Shown piece after piece: positions 27,883 through 32,000 of a DNA stretch of 32,000 nucleotides (position 1 is its first letter; the number at the start of each line of letters is the position of its first letter). The DNA is from Pseudomonas aeruginosa (GTDB taxonomy: Bacteria; Pseudomonadota; Gammaproteobacteria; Pseudomonadales; Pseudomonadaceae), in the NCBI RefSeq assembly GCF_001457615.1, contig NZ_LN831024.1:5970001-6002000 (forward strand), in the 5' to 3' direction. Under the pieces are notes generated by a model. The model saw only the letters and a list, made by a program, of their open reading frames with translations, was not told the origin of the DNA and searched no databases. The translations under genes were made by a program, and so were the position numbers.

Positions 27883-27989
27883 GCGTTTCTCCGTTCAAGG
27901 GCCTGCCGCGGCAGAGCGGTGGGCATTGGCTAGCCCGCGAGAAGAGGCGTCGACTATCCGGCGCGGCGGCGCTACGGAACAAGTAACAG

Positions 27990-28034
27990 CTGTTCGGATT
28001 TGTGCTTAACTGTTCGCCTGAAAAAACCGAACAG
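27990..28034. promoter_or_regulatory. Candidate MocR-type operator in the divergent MFS/regulator promoter region
   Basis: CTGTTCGG (27990-27997), CTGTTCG (28010-28016) and inverted CCGAACAG (28027-28034); the first copy overlaps palindrome AACAGCTGTT (27985-27994). Confidence 0.5.
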
Positions 28035-28044
28035 TGAGTCAGAC

Positions 28045-29421
28045 ATGCACCTCCGGATCGACCGCAATGCCAGCGAGCCGCTGGTGCAGCAGATCGTCGC
28101 AGGGGTCAGCGGCTGGATCCGCGGCAATCGCGTCCGCGCCGGCACGCGGATTCCGTCGATACGCCAGTTGGCCAGGGAAAACCAGCTCAGCCAGTCCAGC
28201 GTGATCGAGGCCTACGACCGCCTGGTCGCCCTGGGGATGCTGGAATCGCGGCACGGCTCGGGGTTCTTCGTCGCCGAGGCGCCCGCCGCCACTACCGACC
28301 TCGACAGCGAATGGCACGAAGGCGCGGAAAACGCATGGGGCCAGTTCAGCGGCAGCTCGACGAAACTCAAGCTCGGCTGCGGCTGGATTCCGGACAGTTG
28401 GCGGGAAGTCGAGGAACTCAGCTACGCGATCCGCCAGGTCGCCCGCAGCGAACTCGCCGGGCTGTTCGACTACAGCACTCCGCTGGGCCTGCCGGCGCTG
28501 CGCCAGCACATCCAGAAACGCCTGCGGCTGATCGATATCCATGTCGACCCGGAGCAGATCCTCACCACCACCGGCGCCAGCCATGCCCTCGACCTGTTGG
28601 TACGCACGCTGCTCAAGCCGGGCGACGTGGTGGTGGTGGAGAACCCCGGCTACTACAACCTGTTCAACCTGCTGAAGTTCCACGGGGTGAAGATGCTCGG
28701 CGTGCCGCGCACCCGCCACGGCCCGGACACCGCCGCGCTGGAGACGATCCTCCGCGCGCACAAGCCGAAGTTCCTTTTCACCAACAGCATGTACCACAAC
28801 CCCACCGGCACCAGCCTCAGCCCCTCAGTGGCCCACCGCGTGCTGCAACTGGCCGAGCAGCATGATTTCCACATCGTTGAGGATGACATCTACGCCGACT
28901 TCCAGAACGGCCCCAGCACCCGCCTGGCAACCCTCGATTCGCTGCGCCGGGTGATCTACCTGGCGAGCTTTTCGAAGACCCTCAGTTGCTCGCTACGGGT
29001 CGGCTACCTGATCGCCGGCCCCGAGCTGATCCGGCGCCTGGCGGATGTGAAGATGTACACCAGCATCGGCAGCCAGCGCTTCGCCGAATGCGTGGTCTCG
29101 ACCATGCTCGCCAACGGCAGTTACCGCAAGCTGGTGCAACGCCTGCGCCAGCGCCTGACCCGGCAGATGGCGGCGACCCTGCGGGTGCTTGGGGACAACG
29201 GCTGGGAGGTGTTCGCCGAACCGGTCGGCGGGATGTTCGTCTGGGCCCGTATCGGCGACTACCCGTTCGCCGAATTGCAGGCCGTGGCGACACGCCTGGA
29301 CGTGCTGCTGTCGCCGGGCAGCGGCTTCAGCCCGGAAGGCGAGGAGAGCGACTGGCTGCGTATCAACATCGCCTATGCCAGCGACCCGCGGGCCCTGGCG
29401 TTTTTCGAGGCGTTCGGGTGA
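28045..29421 (+). CDS. MocR-family (GntR HTH plus PLP aminotransferase-like domain) transcriptional regulator
   Basis: 458 aa: MHLRIDRNASEPLVQQIVAGVSGWIRGNRVRAGTRIPSIRQLARENQLSQSSVIEAYDRLVALGMLESRHGSGFFV plus an aminotransferase-like region VEDDIYADFQ...LASFSKTLSCSLRVGYL. Confidence 0.95.
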   Translation: MHLRIDRNASEPLVQQIVAGVSGWIRGNRVRAGTRIPSIRQLARENQLSQSSVIEAYDRLVALGMLESRHGSGFFVAEAPAATTDLDSEWHEGAENAWGQFSGSSTKLKLGCGWIPDSWREVEELSYAIRQVARSELAGLFDYSTPLGLPALRQHIQKRLRLIDIHVDPEQILTTTGASHALDLLVRTLLKPGDVVVVENPGYYNLFNLLKFHGVKMLGVPRTRHGPDTAALETILRAHKPKFLFTNSMYHNPTGTSLSPSVAHRVLQLAEQHDFHIVEDDIYADFQNGPSTRLATLDSLRRVIYLASFSKTLSCSLRVGYLIAGPELIRRLADVKMYTSIGSQRFAECVVSTMLANGSYRKLVQRLRQRLTRQMAATLRVLGDNGWEVFAEPVGGMFVWARIGDYPFAELQAVATRLDVLLSPGSGFSPEGEESDWLRINIAYASDPRALAFFEAFG

Positions 29422-29445
29422 GGCGCGCTCTTGCCCTCCCCTGCC

Positions 29446-30360
29446 TCACTGGTAGTCGAGCAGGATCACCATCGCGGCCAGGACCGAGCCGGGCGTGATT
29501 TTCTCGGCGGTCTGCACATAGGACGCTTTCATCGGGATCCAGTAAGCCCCGCCGGTGTTCTTGTCGTACGCGGTCACCGGCAACGAGAGTCCCATCCGTA
29601 GCGGAACGCCGGCCTCGTCGGTGACCCGGATCGATACGCCGGTCGCGGTGCTGCCCGCCAGGCGCGGCAGCACACCCGAGCCTTCGGCCACCGCGCCCCC
29701 CACCGCTTGAAGGCTGTAGCCGACGCGGTTGTACCCGCGAGGACAGCCGGCCACTACGAGATTGAACGGGGTAACGGCCGCGTAGGTGCCGACGCCGTTC
29801 AGCCGGGCGGCAGCGATCGACTGCAGCTTCACGGTCTGGTCGGCGACCTGGCAGGTCGCATTGATCGTGGTGACGCTCCCGGTCAACCTGATGGAGGAGG
29901 TGCCAGACGCGATAAGCCCGTCCTTGTAGGTAATGAGGAAGTACGAGTTGAACGCTCCGCTCGCGAACTGGCCGTCGGAGAGCGGCGTCGAGTTGCGGAA
30001 CAACTGGACCTCCGCGATTTGCGAGAAAGTGCCCTTGAAACGGCTGCTCGCCGGTATGCCATCCAGCAGCAGGCGCACCGAGAGGCCCGGCACGTTGGTA
30101 TTCAGGTCCGGACCATCGATCGGGTCCCAGACACTTCCCTTGTTGTACAGAGCGACGCCGATGAGATCGCAGCTGGGCTTGCCGCACAGTTGCATGGGAG
30201 TGAACGTGTAGCGCGACGTGACGTTTCCCTCGGGAAGGATCGAGGGGACGGCGATATCGCGGCCGCCGAAAGCGTACAGATTGGCAGCCATGCTGGTGCC
30301 GGCGGGAACGAACAGGAATGCCGCGATCAGCAGGGTTCTACGGAACGTCTTGAACTCCAT
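29446..30360 (-). CDS. Orphan fimbrial-like adhesin/pilin-fold protein (PA5284-like)
   Basis: 304 aa from ATG 30360: signal peptide MEFKTFRRTLLIAAFLFVPAGTSMAA; fimbrial-domain features VTTINATCQV, ...AYDKNTGGAYWIPMKASYVQTAEKITPGSVLAAMVILLDYQ. Confidence 0.7.
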   Translation of the reverse strand: MEFKTFRRTLLIAAFLFVPAGTSMAANLYAFGGRDIAVPSILPEGNVTSRYTFTPMQLCGKPSCDLIGVALYNKGSVWDPIDGPDLNTNVPGLSVRLLLDGIPASSRFKGTFSQIAEVQLFRNSTPLSDGQFASGAFNSYFLITYKDGLIASGTSSIRLTGSVTTINATCQVADQTVKLQSIAAARLNGVGTYAAVTPFNLVVAGCPRGYNRVGYSLQAVGGAVAEGSGVLPRLAGSTATGVSIRVTDEAGVPLRMGLSLPVTAYDKNTGGAYWIPMKASYVQTAEKITPGSVLAAMVILLDYQ

Positions 30361-30735
30361 GGGATGACAACCGATGTGTCCGGCATGTCCGGGAAAATCC
30401 ACCGGAACCGGAGTGAACTTGATGGGTGGCTAATCTTTTCAGAACACCTGGAAAGGAGCCATAAGACAGGACCTACACGGCTCCGCGAATCCACCTAAGA
30501 ATCGCTAGGAAAATTCTTAAGCAAGCTCTACAGCTCGCTCTCTGGCAACCCCGGACGCCGCTTGGAGCGCCTGGATGGCAAGCAGCTTCGGTTGACGATG
30601 TGGAACGGTAGCGCTGCCACCGGAAAGGAAAAGGCCTTGGCCCGTCGCCAGCCGTGCCTGAACAGGCGAAAGATCGGCTCGCCAACCGGGATGCGGCGGG
30701 GCGAGATGCCCGTCAAAGTGACCGGCGCCATAGCA

Positions 30736-30770
30736 CAAGGCCCGCCATCCCTTGCGGGAGGCGGGCCTTG
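30736..30770 (-). terminator. Strong hairpin downstream of sutA
   Basis: CAAGGCCCGCC (30736-30746) pairs with GGCGGGCCTTG (30760-30770), with an additional inner TCCC/GGGA; no T-tract. Confidence 0.6.
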
Positions 30771-30783
30771 GGATGGCGCGAAA

Positions 30784-31099
30784 TCAGATGGGGCGGCTGC
30801 CGTACTTGCTGTCCGGCTTCTTCGGCGGATCGGCCACCACGTTGGGTTCGATCTCCTGCACCTTTCCACCGCGGGAAAGGAACTCCTCCATCGCCTTGGC
30901 GAGGGCGTCACGCTCTTTCTGCTTGGCTTCGACCGAGGGCAGCTCCTCTTCCACCACGGCGGCTTTCGCCTTCTTCCCGGGGCGGGGCCTCGTCGCCGTC
31001 GCCGCTGTCCGCTTCGCCGTCGTCGGCCGCGGCCAGCTCTTCGCCGTCGTCCTCGTCAGCGCCGTCCAGCTCGTCCTGTTCCAGTTCTTCTTCGCTCAT
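30784..31099 (-). pseudogene. sutA: SutA (RNA polymerase-binding slow-growth regulator), frameshifted in the Ala/Pro/Lys segment
   Basis: Frame from ATG 31099: MSEEELEQDELDGADEDDGEELAAADDGEADSGDGDEAPPREEGESRRGGRGAALGRSQAERA* (63 aa, stop at 30908). Another frame continues KKAKAAVVEEELPSVEAKQKERDALAKAMEEFLSRGGKVQEIEPNVVADPPKKPDSKYGSRPI* (stop 30784). Start-to-stop length of 316 nt is not a multiple of 3. Confidence 0.85.
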
Positions 31100-31176
31100 G
31101 GTCAACCTCTCGGTGCTGCAAAAGCAGGTTAGTTATAGCCCAGCCGCGCGTTTTGATGAGCGCCGCCGGAAAAAAT

Positions 31177-31602
31177 TCATACTGACTCGCCCTGCCAGGT
31201 GGCGAGCACGCGCCGTGCCCCGCCCCTGTCCCGGTGTTCACCGAGATAGATCCCCTGCCAGGTGCCCAGTGCCAACCCTCCCGACTGTATCGGCAGGGTC
31301 AGTTGGCAGCCCAGCAGGCTGGCCTTGAAATGCGCCGGAAGGTCGTCCGGACCTTCGTCGTTGTGTTCATAGCCGACTTCGCCGCGTGGCGCCAGCCGCT
31401 CGAAAAAACGCTCGAAATCCCGGCGTACGGCAGGATCGGCATTTTCATTCAGGGTCAGTGAAGCCGACGTATGTTGCAAAAGCAGGTGCAGCAGGCCGAC
31501 CCGGCACCGCCGAAGCTCCGGCAAGGCGTCGAGTATCTCCTCGGTGACGAGGTGAAAGCCCCGCGGACGCGGGCGCAAGGTGATCAGGGTCTGCTGCCAC
31601 AT
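31177..31602 (-). CDS. YjbQ family (UPF0047) protein
   Basis: 141 aa: [37 protein letters not shown]...[28 protein letters not shown], characteristic of YjbQ/UPF0047. Confidence 0.93.
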   Translation of the reverse strand: MWQQTLITLRPRPRGFHLVTEEILDALPELRRCRVGLLHLLLQHTSASLTLNENADPAVRRDFERFFERLAPRGEVGYEHNDEGPDDLPAHFKASLLGCQLTLPIQSGGLALGTWQGIYLGEHRDRGGARRVLATWQGESV

Positions 31603-31862
31603 GCTGCTGTTCCAAATCGGCTCCGATCCGTCGCGCCGCGCATTCTAGCGCGGCATTTGAAAAAGCAAAGAGCGTAAGAGGCAGACCTGTGAAAGCTGAT
31701 GGTGGCGCAGTCCGCTGGCAGTCACTGAAAGACCGGTTGCGGAAAGGTGGTGGCAGTCGCGGGAAGCGCCCAGGACTTTCGACGCACAAGGGCATGGCGT
31801 TCGGCGAAGGCGAGCGCGGGAGGCAAACCGACGCCCGGCGGAAAGCCGGGCGCCGGCAGGTA

Positions 31863-32000
31863 TTACAGGTTGTAGCCGCGCTCGTTGTGCAGCGCCAGGT
31901 CGAGGCCGACCGCTTCCTCTTCCTCGGTGACCCGCAGGCCCATGACCAGGTCCAGCACCTTGAGGATCACGAAGGTCACCACGGCGGTGTAGACCACGGT
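31863..32000 (-). CDS. amtB: Ammonium transporter AmtB, C-terminal fragment (continues past window end)
   Basis: Reverse reading gives TVVYTAVVTFVILKVLDLVMGLRVTEEEEAVGLDLALHNERGYNL*, the typical AmtB C-terminus. Confidence 0.9.
   Translation of the reverse strand, partial: TVVYTAVVTFVILKVLDLVMGLRVTEEEEAVGLDLALHNERGYNL

Noticed and set aside
26585-27982. 465-aa minus-strand ORF overlapping the MFS transporter
   Set aside because: Alternative frame of the 389-aa MFS gene, which has proper hydrophobic helices and motifs.
30654-31328. 224-aa plus-strand ORF over sutA and adjacent sequence
   Set aside because: Low-complexity Ser/Pro/Arg translation antisense to sutA; no supporting motif.
31833-31851. 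GCCCGGC/GCCGGGC hairpin downstream of amtB
   Set aside because: Only a 7-bp stem without a T-tract; insufficient to call a terminator or sRNA with confidence.

Overview
This is a Pseudomonas aeruginosa chromosomal segment, judging by gene content, order and protein sequences that match my recollection of the PAO1 region from about PA5257 to PA5287. In window order it contains: hemY(partial)-hemX-hemD-hemC; algR and fimS/algZ; argH; a small type VI secretion (T6SS) satellite cluster (Hcp - VgrG - 1089-aa VasX-like putative effector - 401-aa membrane protein, likely immunity); corA; two small genes and a periplasmic solute-binding protein; cyaA; a Cys/Gly-tailed protein; rnk, a DUF1289 gene and cyaY; lppL-lysA-dapF-DUF484-xerC(sss)-HAD hydrolase; an MFS transporter divergent from a MocR-type regulator; an orphan fimbrial-like protein; sutA; yjbQ; and the 3' end of amtB. 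The most notable observations are: (1) algR is split by a one-base deletion that removes the LytTR DNA-binding domain from the frame; (2) sutA is also frameshifted, by a net -2 nt; (3) the T6SS cluster encodes a VasX-like effector/membrane-protein pair with AT-rich segments inside both genes and no adaptor gene; (4) a near-consensus sigma-54 promoter lies upstream of hcp; (5) repeated CTGTTCG operator-like motifs lie upstream of the MocR-type regulator; (6) a Cys/Gly-rich tailed membrane protein lies next to cyaA. I saw no CRISPR array, tRNA, rRNA or transposase.
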